A stretch of 64,000 bases of DNA from the human T2T-CHM13v2.0 reference genome, Homo sapiens, in assembly GCF_009914755.1 (NCBI RefSeq), contig NC_060934.1, one strand, 5' to 3'. How positions within the stretch are numbered: position 1 is the first letter of the stretch; each line of letters starts with the position of its first letter. Shown here piece by piece: positions 1 through 29,410 of the stretch. Under the pieces are notes generated by a model that was given only the letters and a program-made list of their open reading frames with translations, was not told where the DNA came from and searched no databases. The translations under genes were made by a program, and so were the position numbers.

Positions 1-453
<453 letters not shown>

Positions 454-498
454 TCAGACTCCCCGCGACTAGGGAGGAAGGGTCCCGCGCGGGTTGCC

Positions 499-505
499 CT
501 TTTAA
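499..505 (-). promoter_or_regulatory. TATA-like element (TTAAAAG) upstream of GLUD1
   Basis: Conspicuous AT-rich heptamer in the GC-rich core, ~100 bp upstream of the GLUD1 ATG; would place a TSS near 470-476. ETS-like CAGGAAG just upstream (513-519). Confidence 0.5.
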
Positions 506-793
506 GCCGCAGCTTCCTGCTTGCCCGGCTGTCCCCTCCCCTCGGGCGCTCGCCACCTAACGGGGAGGACGGACTTCGGGGACAGGGCGCCGCCCAGGGC
601 GCCGGGCCTCCGCCTCCGCCGCGGCCTCCCCGGGCCTCGCTGGCGGCAGCGCGCGCCGGCGGGGCGTCGGGGGCGCGCAGGCGCGGGCGGGCTCGGCGCG
701 CACGCTCGCGCGCCAGTGGGGAAGGGAGGGGAGGGGAGAGGAAGGGCGGGGAGGAGAGTGGAGGGGAACGGACGGGAGGGGCAGGGAGGGGAA

Positions 794-825
794 GGTCGGG
801 GCGGGTCGGGGCGGGTCGGGGCGGG
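794..825 (+). promoter_or_regulatory. Three tandem GC boxes, (GGTCGGGGCG)x3, Sp/KLF sites
   Basis: Exact 10-bp tandem repeat, each unit contributing GGGGCGGG, immediately upstream of SHLD2 exon 1. Confidence 0.75.
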
Positions 826-829
826 CCCA

Positions 830-881
830 CGGGCGGCCGGATTTGCCCGGAGGCCGCACCCGCCTCCGGCGGGGCTCTCAG
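830..881 (+). other. SHLD2: SHLD2 non-coding exon 1 (5' end approximate)
   Basis: Strong donor CAG|GTATGT at 881/882 just downstream of the GC-box cluster; the TSS cannot be fixed from sequence. Confidence 0.7.
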
Positions 882-1415
882 GTATGTGCGCCGCGGGGGT
901 CCCTCAGGGGGGTTGGGGGTAGCCCAGGGAGGTCGGGGTCGGGGGCTGGCCTCTGTAGGGCGCTCAGAGGCCGAGTCCCCCCGAGCGCCGCGTGGGTGAG
1001 GCTTGGCGGTCTGGTCGGGGACCGGGTCATGTGAGTCACGGGCGCCCCTCCTTTCCGCCCGCGCGCCCTCGGAACGGGCGGCCCACCCTGGCCTGTCCTC
1101 TGGCGGCCTCAGGCCGGGGCCGGGCGTGCAGGGGCTGACACGTGGGCAGGAAAGCGAGGCAGAGCCGCCGCCGCGTAAGGCCGGGCTGAGGGCTCGGCGT
1201 CACCAGCCAGGGCTGCAGAGAGCGGCGTGGCACCCGGAGTTGGATTATGCGTGGCTGGCGTGAGCTGGAAGGGAGTCACTCGCCCACAAGCTCTCACCAC
1301 GCGAGCTTTTATTGTCCCGTTCAACTGCTCCGCAGTGTGGAGATCGCATAGTTACGCACGTCGTGGTTGTGTCGCCCCACAGTACTGACTGCTTCACCTT
1401 TGCAGACAGAGGCTC

Positions 1416-1562
1416 CGGCCCGGCGCGGTGGCTCACGCCTTTAGTCCTAGCACTTTGGGAGGTCGAGGCTGGAGGATGGCTTGAGCCCAGGAGTTCGAGG
1501 CTGCAGTGAGCTACGATAGCTCCACTGCACCCCAGCCTGGGCAACAGAGGGAGACCCTATCT
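1416..1562 (+). mobile_element. Alu monomer (FAM/FRAM-like) at the CpG island edge
   Basis: GGCCCGGCGCGGTGGCTC...GAGGCTGCAGTGAGC...GAGACCC; single arm only. Confidence 0.8.
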
Positions 1563-1663
1563 CCCTCTGAAATAGTCTAAAATAAGGAAACTAGAAATGC
1601 GATAATGCCCCCAGGAAATTCTTTCTCAGGAATATATGTATTTGTTAAATGGTTCAGTATATG

Positions 1664-1977
1664 ATTTATTTTTTATTTTATTTATTTATTTGAGATGGAA
1701 TCTTGCTCTGTCGCCCAGGCGGGAGTGTAGTGGCACCATCTCGGCTCACTGCAGCTTCCACCTCCCTGGGTTCGTTCTAGCGATTCTCCTGCCTCAGCCT
1801 CGGGGTAGCTGGGATTACAGGCCCGCGCCACCACGCCCGGCTAATTTTTGCATTTTTAGTAGAGACGGGGTTTCGCTGTGCTGGCCAGGCTGGTCTCCAA
1901 CGCCTGACCTCAAGTGATCCGCCCGCCTAGGCCTCCCAGAATGCTGGGATTACAGACGTGAGCCACCGCGCCTGGCC
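1664..1977 (-). mobile_element. AluS, full length
   Basis: Dimeric Alu with 16-bp TSD tcagtatatgatttat (1654 / 1978). Confidence 0.9.
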
Positions 1978-2566
1978 TCAGTATATGATTTATAAGCTTT
2001 ATGCTGTATGAGGGTTCAGTTATGTATTTATACATACTTGATAGGAAATGCTAAAGTTCACATTCCTATGGATAGCTTTTGGTGCTTTTCAAACTAACGA
2101 GGCTGGCACGGTGGCTCACGCCTGTAATCCCAGCACTTTGGGGGCCAAAGCAGGCTGATCGCTTGAGGCCAGGAGTTCAAGACCAGCCTGGGCTCGTCTC
2201 TATAAAAAGAAAATAAAAAATAAAGCTCTAATGACAGTCATTAAAACTAGCTGCCAAACACCACATTACTAGCGTTAGCGGTCTCAGTGTACTTGGGTGG
2301 TTTTAAAATGACACCCATTGGACCTGCAAAACGATGGTGCTTCCCGATATGTTCATGTTATTCATCTTTTAGAATATGGAAGAGAAAGTTCTTAGTTCTC
2401 GAAATATTGTGTAAAATATAAGGTGACAACCTGGATCTGTTAAATGACATTCATCTAAGTGTACTCTCAAAGTCAAAATTATCTTTTCATACAGGTGGAA
2501 CTTATATTTTACCTTACTTGCTAAATAAGTCATTGTCATTAATTGTATTTGCACTGTGTTTTTCAG

Positions 2567-2622
2567 TGAAAAATGTACTCTGACCTGAATCCTGAATTTT
2601 CCTTGATGGTCAAAAGATTAAG
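2567..2622 (+). other. SHLD2: SHLD2 5'UTR exon 2 (56 nt)
   Basis: Acceptor tgtgtttttcag|TG and donor AAG|gtatca; agrees with my recollection of the FAM35A mRNA leader (not verified by alignment). Confidence 0.75.
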
Positions 2623-2911
2623 GTATCAAATTTCCTTTTTTCTGGATGTATTATCGTTTTACTCTCTTACATTGCAATCCCCCACTCCTGCAAAAAACCC
2701 ACGGAGTTTCAGAATAAAATGATTAGCATCAGTAAACATGGAAATATTTTTCTTTTTGGATTAAATTATTTGTTTATGTTCTGAGGAAAAATCTTTAAAA
2801 GCTTAGTTTTATTGTTTTTGTTGTTCTTTATAACCTTAGCCTTCAGAAAAATAAATGTTTAACTTTGCTTCTTCTGTGACTTGTTCACCTGAATTCAAGA
2901 AGGTGGAATTG

Positions 2912-3230
2912 GGCCTAAGGAGGTGGCTCACGCCTGTAATCCCAGCACTTTAGGAGGCTAAAGTGGGCGGATCACTTGAGGTCAGGAGTTCGAGACCAGC
3001 CTGGGCAACACAGTGAAACCTTGTCTCTACTAAAAATACAAAAATAAGCCAAGCGTGGTGGGGGGCCTACAAAAATTAGCCAGGCGTGGTGGCGGGGAGG
3101 GGGTTGGGCAGTGCTTGTAGTTCCAGCTACTTGGGAGAACCACTTGAACCAGGGAGAGAGGTTGCAGTGAGCCGAGATCGTGCCATTGCACTCCAGCCTG
3201 GGCAACAGAGCGAGTCTTCATCTCAAAAAA
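2912..3230 (+). mobile_element. Alu with internal duplication near the linker
   Basis: Alu consensus; the tacaaaaat(a/t)agcca(a/g)gcgtggtgg segment occurs twice (about 3036-3091). Confidence 0.85.
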
Positions 3231-3389
3231 GGAAAGGCAGAATTGAAGAAGCTTTGGAAGAGGTGAGGAATAGAGCTGTGGAAATTACTATTTTTTTTTT
3301 AATTGAGAATCTCCTGTGTGTAGGTGCCTTACAAACTGGCTTCATGAGTACCCTATAAAACAGATGTTTTTATTTTTAAAATCATCATG

Positions 3390-4703
<1,314 letters not shown>

Positions 4704-4989
4704 TCACACAATAAAGTTTAATTATTTGTAGTAATTTCCCATTCAAACGAAGACCAAAATTCAGCTTGAAGGGAACATTCAATAGCATTCCACAAAGTCA
4801 AATGAGTTTTCTGCCTTAGAGTTTTCCTTAGCTGGTTTAAAATTCCAGGTCTGTTTTTCTTGATCCATAGCATGCTTTTTTCTCTCTTAAAAATATTTTA
4901 GAAGAAGATTGTTAGGATTTAGAAAAACATAGCATATAAATTCTTGAACCATTCATTTTTAAAAATAATTTAATTTGAAAGGTAAAAAT

Positions 4990-7830
<2,841 letters not shown>

Positions 7831-7944
7831 AGATAACCTATTACAAAGAACAGTTCTCAACTCTTTTGGTCTTGGGACTACTTTACCTATTTATGTATAA
7901 GTTTCAAGTTTGGGCTTAGAAAGAATTTAATAATCATGCTAATT

Positions 7945-8925
<981 letters not shown>

Positions 8926-9577
8926 TTAGTTCTCAAGTGCTAGTTAATACTTCATTAATCAGCCAGATGGAAGTGGGGATACTATGGAAACAGCATAGGC
9001 AAAGCTTAAAGATAAATGAGACCATGGTTTGAAAATATAGGGTGGCATGCGCTTTGGTTCAAGGCAATTTGATCATCACAACAATTTGGCTTAAACAGCA
9101 CTTTGGTTGAAAATGAATATCCCCTAGTTATGTGTTTTTCAAGTATTGGTCATTTTGGTATATCATGAGTTGTTTTGCAAACTTTTGTGCCAAAGTTTTC
9201 AGGAAAACTTTCTAATATTTGCTTTTGTGTTTCTAACTGATTTTCAGAGAAGTTGTAATTTTGATGTTTTTTCCTTTTAGTGAGCATGCTTTAACAAAAA
9301 ACAATAACAGAAACTGTGTCAAAGAAAAGGACCTGTAATCTTCAGGGTTTGTAGTCTTTTTCCTCTTAAAAAACCCTTTTCCTAATTAATGGCAGTTACA
9401 TCTGCATGGCTGGTTTGGGTAAGTCTTCATTTTGTTGTATTGCTGAGTAACAGTCAACAAAGGTTTATCAACTCTTGGTTAAGGGTTCCTTTCATGTTGT
9501 GAGTAAACATGAACAATATAGGATCTTATCCTTTTAAGCTATCATGCAAGAAACATGTGAGGTCTCTTAAAAATTCA

Positions 9578-10589
<1,012 letters not shown>

Positions 10590-11149
10590 ACTAAGGTAGG
10601 ATTCTGATCTCACCTGTATGTTATTTATTATGCCTCTCTTAATCTTTATTTTAAAATAGAGGTCAGGTTTTTTGTTTTCTTTATATATAAAGTATGGCAC
10701 ATTCAGTTGTTCATCATTCAAGATGCCTTGCCATTCAGCTCTGTTTAATGATGTGGACCACCCTCTAGAAAAGAAAATCTTTATCCTATCTTGAGCATTT
10801 TGGTTTTGAAAGTTTTAGATCAATTGTAATTTCGGTATGGTGTTAGAGGATAATAAGAAGGGAAGTGTAAGGTAAAAATTGGGGCACATCTATAATGCTG
10901 TTAAAAACAGACATAACTGAAAAATACACCAGAGAAGCAAAAAGTACCTTCTCCTTGACCATTCTAGAGGTGTTGCAGAAGAAACAGACTTTAGGTGAAG
11001 CATATATGTGAGTATAATTATGTTGCGCTTGCTTCTTAATGAAAGACATGTCAATGAAGGACTAGGCACAAGGTAGAGACGCTGATAATGTTGAGTCAGC
11101 TCAGGAAATTGGACCTGAAGTAAGAAGATAGAGATTCCTTAGGATGCCT

Positions 11150-11600
11150 TGACCCTCGAGTAGCAATATCCAAATAAAAATGGCTTAAAGGAAAGCCATA
11201 AACCAAGATAACATTATCTAACAAGAAGTCTGAAGGCAGGGCTTTTCCATTGACAGTCCAAGGACTCAATGATACCATCAGATACCTACTCTGCTCTTCT
11301 CTCTGTTACACATTCAGCCAGTTTGTGATATCTTTCCTAAGGGTTTTAAAAGGGCTTCAGCAGTTCCAGAGGTCACATGTAGCCATAACTAAGTTCTATG
11401 GAGAAACAGCAGTTTCCTCCTGTGCATATCCCGGTATTAGTGAAGAAACCTTTTCCAAAGGCCTGCCAGCTACCTTCAACTCTCTTAGACCCCAGTAGCT
11501 AGGATTGGGTTGGTTACATGCCACGCCCTGGCTGTAAGGGAGGCTACAAGGAAGACTTACTGGCACTTTTTGGCCTCTGAAGTACAGGCAGACTGTGCCA
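11150..11600. mobile_element. Old MaLR LTR (MLT1K/L-like)
   Basis: Motifs aatggcttaaa...aacaagaagtctgaaggcagggc...gactcaatgataccatca...gttacatgccacgccctggctgtaagggaggct resemble MLT1 LTRs. Confidence 0.55.
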
Positions 11601-11655
11601 GCCAGGAAGAAAGGTAGAAAAGGAATAATTGGTTTTGTTTGTTTGTTTGTTTTGA

Positions 11656-11796
<141 letters not shown>

Positions 11797-11803
11797 TGAC
11801 TAA

Positions 11804-11995
<192 letters not shown>

Positions 11996-12688
11996 TGACT
12001 TGCTCTCTGCTGTCTTACTGTGATAATATATTTTTTTAACGCAATTTACAAAAGGGGGGGAACATTCTTAAATTTGAAACTAGGAATTATGATATTTGCA
12101 GTTTCATATTGTATACAGTAAACAGTCTTCAAATTCTAGTTCTCCTTGAGATCTTATACAATGATAACAGTTTTAAAATTATGCCTTCTGTTTTTTGAAC
12201 AGCTTTTTACTATTGACAGCTTTTAAGGAAGTAGTTTTCATGTTGTCGTGTTTACTCTCTTACTAGACAGGAAGACAGAACAGAAATCCATCCTCAACTT
12301 CTGGGGATAATCTGAGGATTATAATGAAATATCAGATGCTTAAATGATTTCAACAGACTTTTAGATGAAGTTGCCATTAGCACCTTGTTATCATCAATGT
12401 AACACATAGGCAAGTGGATTAAAATAAGAGGGCTAAACTGGCCTTTATGTTGAAATTAGAAGTTTCGTTGTCCTACAGGCAGAAATGACAGTTTCATTGG
12501 ATTCTCTATGTTATAGTAATATATCAGAAGGATAGCTTGAGATGAGACTATTTTGAAGATACATGGGGTGGATATTCAAAGTGCCTTTTACATAGTTACT
12601 GTCCTCCACAGTTTCCCCATTAAATGTGGAATCCTTGTGATTGCATTCTTGGAGGGCCATCGAAAACTAGTGAAGCACAGAGAGACTA

Positions 12689-12823
<135 letters not shown>

Positions 12824-12850
12824 TCACCAGAGGTCAGAAGTTCAGGACTA

Positions 12851-13166
<316 letters not shown>

Positions 13167-13467
13167 TTAAAGGCTGAGTTGAAGCAACCTATTAAAGAGC
13201 TGTGGGAAAGGCATCCTAAGTGAAGGAAATGGCGTGTGGAAAAACTGTGATACAGAAAAGACCTTGACATGTTTTAGGAATGGACAGAAATCCAGTGTGA
13301 CTGTGGTTGTCCTAGTGGAGAATGTTGTGATTTTGGACAGGTGGATAAGCAGTCAGATCATATAGGCAAGTGCTTTACATTTTTACCTTTTGTGCAGTGG
13401 AAAACCCAATTGGAAGTATAGTAGGCATAAATTTTGTAGACTACATACTTAAATATACAAAGATGTA

Positions 13468-14238
<771 letters not shown>

Positions 14239-14932
14239 ACTTCATTTCTAAATAACTAAAATTTCCTTAGCTCTGTTTCTACTAGGTAATAGAGAACAAT
14301 CCTGCTAAACAATCTTGCCACTTTAGGATAAAAAGTCAGTAGCTTCTGGCTTAACTAAATTAATTACATGTTAATCTAAACCCTTGGTAAATACTTGGTC
14401 CTTTTGGTAAATGTTCAGTTTCCTCACAGAGCCCACCCCTTCCCTTTTTTTCCCTATGGTAGATGGTATTGGTAGAGAAATCTTATAATTTTTCCTGGCA
14501 TTAAGGGAGAGTCATCTTATCTTTGTGCTGTCCTCTGTCCTTCTGAGCCATTGCAAATGACTGGCTTGGTCTTGAATGGGATTGTCTGCCTCTGCCACTT
14601 CTGAGGATGATGTCCCTGCTACTACTGTAGCCCCTGGGCAACACATCTGTGCATGCTGGGTCCTCCTTAATCCCAGGCTGTTTTGGGTATACTGGCCCAG
14701 TGGTGAGTGCTGATATGCTTGGGACCCTAATAAAGCAGCTTTTCAGGAATATGGTTTGGGCATGTCATTGGCTATTATGCCTTTAGCAAGGCATGATATT
14801 GTATTAGGTGCAAGGTTTTACTAAATGGCTACAGTCCCTGGACCATAACTTGGGAAAGGGAAACACAATTATTTCCCATTCTGGGTCCTTCCCCACAAAC
14901 ACTGGAGATTTTTCTTACCCTTCCGCAAATAA

Positions 14933-15255
<323 letters not shown>

Positions 15256-16129
15256 TAGGACAGGAGGCAAAAATTCTAAATTTACATCCACTCTTTCTTT
15301 TAACTCTTGTTTTTCTTTGAACTCTTCCCCCAAGTTTTTATGTCATCTTGATCAGTGTGAGAGAACTGTACTTATGTCATCACCTGCCTTTCCTCTGTGC
15401 TGGAGTCTACATGACAAATTCTGCCATGAAAGTTTTCTTGATTTGGTTGGTGATAGTTAAAATCACAGTTTTAGAATTTAAAAAGCTGTCTTGGCCGGGT
15501 GCAGTGGTATGGTTCTGAGGATTAATTTTATATACACACATATAAACACTCACACACACATTTGAGTTCAAAATGTATGTTACTACATTTTACAAAGGAA
15601 TAAGTGATTTCATAGATTCTGTATCAATATTAAATCTTGGCTGGGTGCAGAGCCTCATGCCTGTAATCCCAGCACTTTGGGAGGCTGACACAGTTAAGAT
15701 CACTTGAGCCCAGAAGTTTGAGACCAGCCTAGGCAACATAGTGAGACCCTGTCTCTACAAAAAATACAAAAATTAGCTGAGCATGTTGGCACACACCTGT
15801 AGTCCCAGCTACTCAGGAGACTGAGGTGGGAGGATCGCATGAGCCCAGGAGGTTGAGGCTGCAGTGAGCTATGATTCTACCACTGCACTCCAGCCTGGGC
15901 AACAAGAGAGAGACCCTGTCTCTCAAAATAAGTAAATAAATAAATAAAAAGTTCTCTTTTGGCCAGGCACAATGGCTCATGCCTGTAATCCCAGCACTTT
16001 GGGAGGCCGAGGCGGGCGGATCACAAGGTCAAGAGTTCGAGATCAGCCTAGCCAACAGGGAAACCCCATCTCTACTCAAAATACAAAAAATTAGCCGGAA
16101 GTGGTGGCGGGTGTCTGTAATACCAGCTA

Positions 16130-16313
<184 letters not shown>

Positions 16314-16314
16314 T

Positions 16315-19352
<3,038 letters not shown>

Positions 19353-19941
19353 GTATAGGCCAAGTGCAGTGGCTGAAGCCTGTAATCCCAGGCTTTGGGA
19401 GGCCGAGGCGAGTGGATCACTTGAGGCCAGGAGTTCGAGAACAGCCTGGCCAACATGGTGAAAACCCATCTCTATTAAAAAAACAAAAACTGGCTGGGCG
19501 TGTTGGTACATGCCTGTCATCCCAGCTACTGGGGAGGCTGAGGCACAAGAATTATTTGAATCCAGGAGGTGGAGGTTGCAGTGAGCCAAGATCACACCAC
19601 TGCCCTCCAGCATGGTCAACAGAACGAGACTGTCTTGAAAAAAAAAAAGATAAATTATGGTATTTGCTTTGGAATTAAATAATTAGTAACTTTTAGTAAG
19701 GTTTGGTAAAGGTTTAGTAACCTTTAGTTAACCCAGTTAACTTCTGTGTCTTATATTTGTCTTTGTACTGAAGTAGTTGAATGCCACTGACCCACAGAAT
19801 GAGTTGCCAGAGAACTGGAGCAACATTCTGTTTGTGGGAAAGAGAATACTCTGTTACTACCTTAATATTAGATTCCCAGCATATCAATTGAAGGGTTTTA
19901 AATAGTGAGTGATGTGTTTCAATTTATATTTATATTATATT

Positions 19942-19977
19942 TACACTTGATCTTAGCCAAAAGGCTGAGAAAGCGAT
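19942..19977 (-). pseudogene. 3'-truncated U2 snRNA retropseudogene (5' ~36 nt)
   Basis: Reverse complement ATCGCTTTCTCAGCCTTTTGGCTAAGATCAAGTGTA versus U2 5' end ATCGCTTCTCGGCCTTTTGGCTAAGATCAAGTGTA; exact 15-bp direct repeat TTTATATTATATTTA at 19929-19943 and 19978-19992. Confidence 0.9.
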
Positions 19978-20074
19978 TTTATATTATATTTATAAAGATC
20001 ACTTTAGCTTTCTCCTGGAGACTGGATTGGTAGGGACAAGGTGACATTGGTGAACTTGGTTAGAAAGTCAGTCA

Positions 20075-20389
<315 letters not shown>

Positions 20390-22740
20390 TCAGTACTCTA
20401 GGGAAGAAATAACAATAGCTATATTATGACATAGTAGTGAGTTGAAGATAACTGAATAGCCAAAATATATTTTGGAGATAGTTTGATATGAGAGGTGAGG
20501 AAAAGTAAGTAGTCATGTGTGGCTCTTTGTTTCTGGCTTTAATAACTCCAGTAGTTCTGGAAGAGACTTAGTGGGAAACATTTTGGATAAACTGAGTTTG
20601 TCCAAATGGGGTTGCCAAGTGGAGAGTTGAGTAAATGAAGCTAGAGCTCAGGAAAGATGTGGACCAGAGTTATAAGTCATATTTATTTATTTATTTATTT
20701 TGAGACAGAGTCGTGCTCTGTCGCCCAGGCTGGAGTGCAGTGGTGCGATCTTGGCTCACTGCAACCTCCGCCTCCGGGGTCAAGTGATTCTCCTACCTCA
20801 GCCTCCAGAGTAGCTGGTATTACAGGCACGGGCCACCATGCCCAGCTAATTTTTGTATTTTTAGTAGAGACGGGGGTTTCACCATGCTGGCCAGGCTGGT
20901 CTCGAACTCCCGACCTTAGGTGATCCTCCTGCCTCGGCCTCCCAAAGTGTTTGGATTACAGGTGTGAGCTACTGAGCCCAGCATAAGTCATATTTAAAAC
21001 AATGGGAATGGGTAGGAACACCTAGAGATAGAGTGTGGGAAATAGAATAGGGTCCAGTATACAGCTGTGCCAAATTTCACATGTACAGGTTAGATAGTGG
21101 AGTGGGTCAGTTCTGTTGGGAATGCCCTGAAAGTTTGAATAATGATAAGCACGTCCTTTTAACATCATGAGGTAGTGGTGACGTTGTAAGAGGAGTTTCA
21201 GTGTAGTGGGTTGTCATGGGTTAAAACGTTCAGATTGTCATGGGTTAAAACGTGAATTGGATATGAGGAAGTGGAGTGCACAAAGATAGTTTTCTGAAAG
21301 TTTTACTTGGAAGAGGACAAAAAATTGAGACGACAGTTTGAGGAGGATGAAAGGTCAAGAATTCTAAGCTAGTGATAAAAATTTCGTCAACATCAATGAA
21401 TAGGTAATGTAAACACATTAATCCTGGGATGGATGTGAGAAGAGCAAAGAAAGGAATCCTGGGGGAATATCAGCTCTAAAGGTTGAGTAGAGAAGGAAGG
21501 AGTGATCTGAGAGGTGGAAGGAGGAGTAGGAATTATCATAGAAACTTTAAGCTTCTTGAGGGCTTGTGACTGTGTCATGTTCATCATTTTATCTGAAGTT
21601 CTTATCAACAAAGTAGCTTTCAGTAAATATTTATTAAATGAAGATAAAAATTTTAAGAGCCATCTGCAATGTCAAATGTAGCCCACAGTTGAATGAATAT
21701 GAGGACAGGGAAGTGTCCCTTGATTTTGGTGTTAAGCAGCTGATTGCCACCTTCTGTAGAACAGCTTCAGTGGAGTCTCCATAATAGAAATAAATGCCAG
21801 GTTGCTGAGGACTAAGCGTGGATATTTGTTGAGAGTGGAGACAGTAAGTGCAAACATTCTTTTCAGAAAGCTTTGCTCTTTTTGAAGCTTTGCTCATAGG
21901 GAGATACAAGATAGTAGGTAGAGGGGCAGGCTGTGTTTAGATGAGAGAGACTTCAGCATGTTTATATGCTAAATGGAAAAAGGAAAAAGGAAGGGAGAAG
22001 TTGAAGATGTAGAATAAAGGAGGTGTGTGTGAATGATTGTACATTGTCTTTGAGGTTAGTGGGAATGGAGTGAAGATACTGGGTTGCAGTACAGATGAGA
22101 ATACAGTTTCCACTGAAGTAGGAATAAAGGAACAATAGATGGTGCAGATGGGGAAGTGTTTGGGTGGCAGGTGAGAATTCGGGATATGAACACTTTATTT
22201 TTTTCAGTGAAGGGGGGATAAGGTCATCCACTGAGATAGTGGGGAGGAAATGATGATTGTAGGGGACTGAGGAGAAAAGGAGAATTTCAAGAAAGCCTCT
22301 GAGGGAGGTGAGAGGGCAAGCTGAGTGGGAATACTTAGAAAAAATGGAATCATGGATTTTTCACGGCTGTGGTATATATATTTGTATGAATGATCTCCTC
22401 CTTCTCTCAGGGCTCAGCAGCCTGGGTGAACACACAATTGAACAGTTGGATTGATCTTGGCCTGGATTTTATGTGTCAGTGTGACAGAGAGGGTAAGGAG
22501 GCAAGATATTTCAGTAGCGAGAGTGTTTGAAGTGGTGGGCCATTGAGTCTAGGCTGAATAGGGAACAAATGAAACCAGAAGGTGGCTGCTGGGACATGAA
22601 GTGGTTGGTGTTCAAGACTGGATAGTGGAATTGAAGATTGAACGGGAGGAGCAGTTGCTGGTTATGACAGAGTACAGGATCCAGCTATGGAGTGGGTTTA
22701 TGAAGTAGAGACAACGTTCCCAAGTCTTTAGTGAACATCA
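20390..22740. mobile_element. Degenerate L2-like fragments (purine-rich), with an Alu at 20682-20982
   Basis: Motifs such as gagttgagtaaatgaagctagagctcaggaaagatgtgg and agaacagcttcagtggagt. Confidence 0.5.
21211..21253 (+). repeat. Exact 19-bp direct duplication with 5-bp spacer
   Basis: ttgtcatgggttaaaacgt-tcaga-ttgtcatgggttaaaacgt. Confidence 0.9.
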
Positions 22741-22891
22741 GAGAGTGTCATCTGTTAGAACTTTAGCTGCGGCCGGGCAAGGTGGCTCATGCCTGTAATC
22801 CCAGCACTTTGGGAGGCCGAGGTGGGCGGATCACCTGAGGTCGGGAGTTTGAGACCAGCCTGACCAACATTGAGAAACCCCATCCCTATTA

Positions 22892-23970
<1,079 letters not shown>

Positions 23971-25112
23971 GTCAGTTTACACTGGTGACTGCAGTCTTTT
24001 AAACAGCATTGTTTCAGACTATAACTAGTTTTTTCTAACTTGGTTCTCTGTTGATAATACTTAAATGTTATATTTATTTTTCTATTTGAGAGCCTTATAT
24101 TTTGACTTCAAGGCATTTTCTATTCCCTTTCACAATGACCTTCCCAGGAATCAAAGATATTGTCACCACCACACATTACATTTGAGTTACTAAAACAGTT
24201 TATAATCCAAATAGCTATTTCACTTTCTTTTCTCTGGTCTAAGATTATCTCATTGTAATTTGTTTTTTAAATTTAGAGACAGGGTCTTGCTATGTTGTCC
24301 AGGCCAGTCTCAAACTCCTGAGTAGCTGAAAATATAGGCATGTGTCACCTCAACCAGTTTATTGTAAAATTTTAATGTTTAGAGATCTTGGAGATCATCT
24401 TTTATTTTTAACAGTATTTATTTAGTTTTGCAGGTAGAGAAAATGACAGCTGTGTAGTGCTGTGGAAATTATAATAATTCATATCCAAGCTTGAATGTCA
24501 GCTCCACCTCTTTACTATAGCTGTGGCCTTAGAAAACCTACTTCATTTCTTGAAACTTGTTTCTTCCTCTAAAAAGATGAGGATAATATCTTGCAGGGTG
24601 GCTATGAAAATTAAGACAGTTCATACAGTATCTGGCACATGGAAAGTTCTCAATGTTAATTACCCATTTTTTTCTGTTTAAGGAAATAGTCTCAATCCTA
24701 TACCATGAATGAATTATGAAAATAGTTGGAAAGGAAACAACAGTTTTAAATGTAAACTGTCTCAGTCTTATGCTGACATCAGCTACATTTCTGGTAAAGT
24801 GATGGTGTCATGATACAGGTTATATTAAGAGTTAAAACCAGTTTCCTTCTGGCTTTCCAACTGACATAATAAGCAAAACCTGCCTGGGCAAACATAGACC
24901 TATTTATTGGCTCACTTATTATTAATGTTAAACTAGCTTTGGTGCTGACTTCTGTTCTTGTTTTAAAATTTCACTGTTGTCATTTAAAATCTGACAGACC
25001 TTCAGAAGCTTCATAGAATGCTTAATGGTTTAAATCGTCTCTAGAACATGTGAAGTATCTTTTCCAAAGTGGTTTTCTCCATCTGTCAGTATGTTCAAAA
25101 TCATGTGTATAG

Positions 25113-29172
<4,060 letters not shown>

Positions 29173-29253
29173 TGAAAGTCTCAGTTGCATTAAGTACATT
29201 CGCATTGTTATGCAACCATCACCATTATCTAGTTCCAGAGTTTTGCTGTCACC

Positions 29254-29410
29254 CTAATAGAGCTTGTATATATGTCTCCACCAAATCTTATGTTGAATTG
29301 TAATTCCCAGTGTTTGAGGTGGGGTCTGTTGAGAGGTGTTTGGGTCATGAGGCAGATCCCTCATGGCATAGTGTTGTCCTCGCAGTAGTGAGTGAGTTCT
29401 CACGATCTCC
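29254..29410 (+). mobile_element. MST (MaLR) LTR 5' fragment
   Basis: tgtctccaccaaatcttatgttgaattgtaattcccagtgtttgaggtgggg...gggtcatgaggcagatccctcatg...gtgagtgagttctcacga. Confidence 0.75.
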
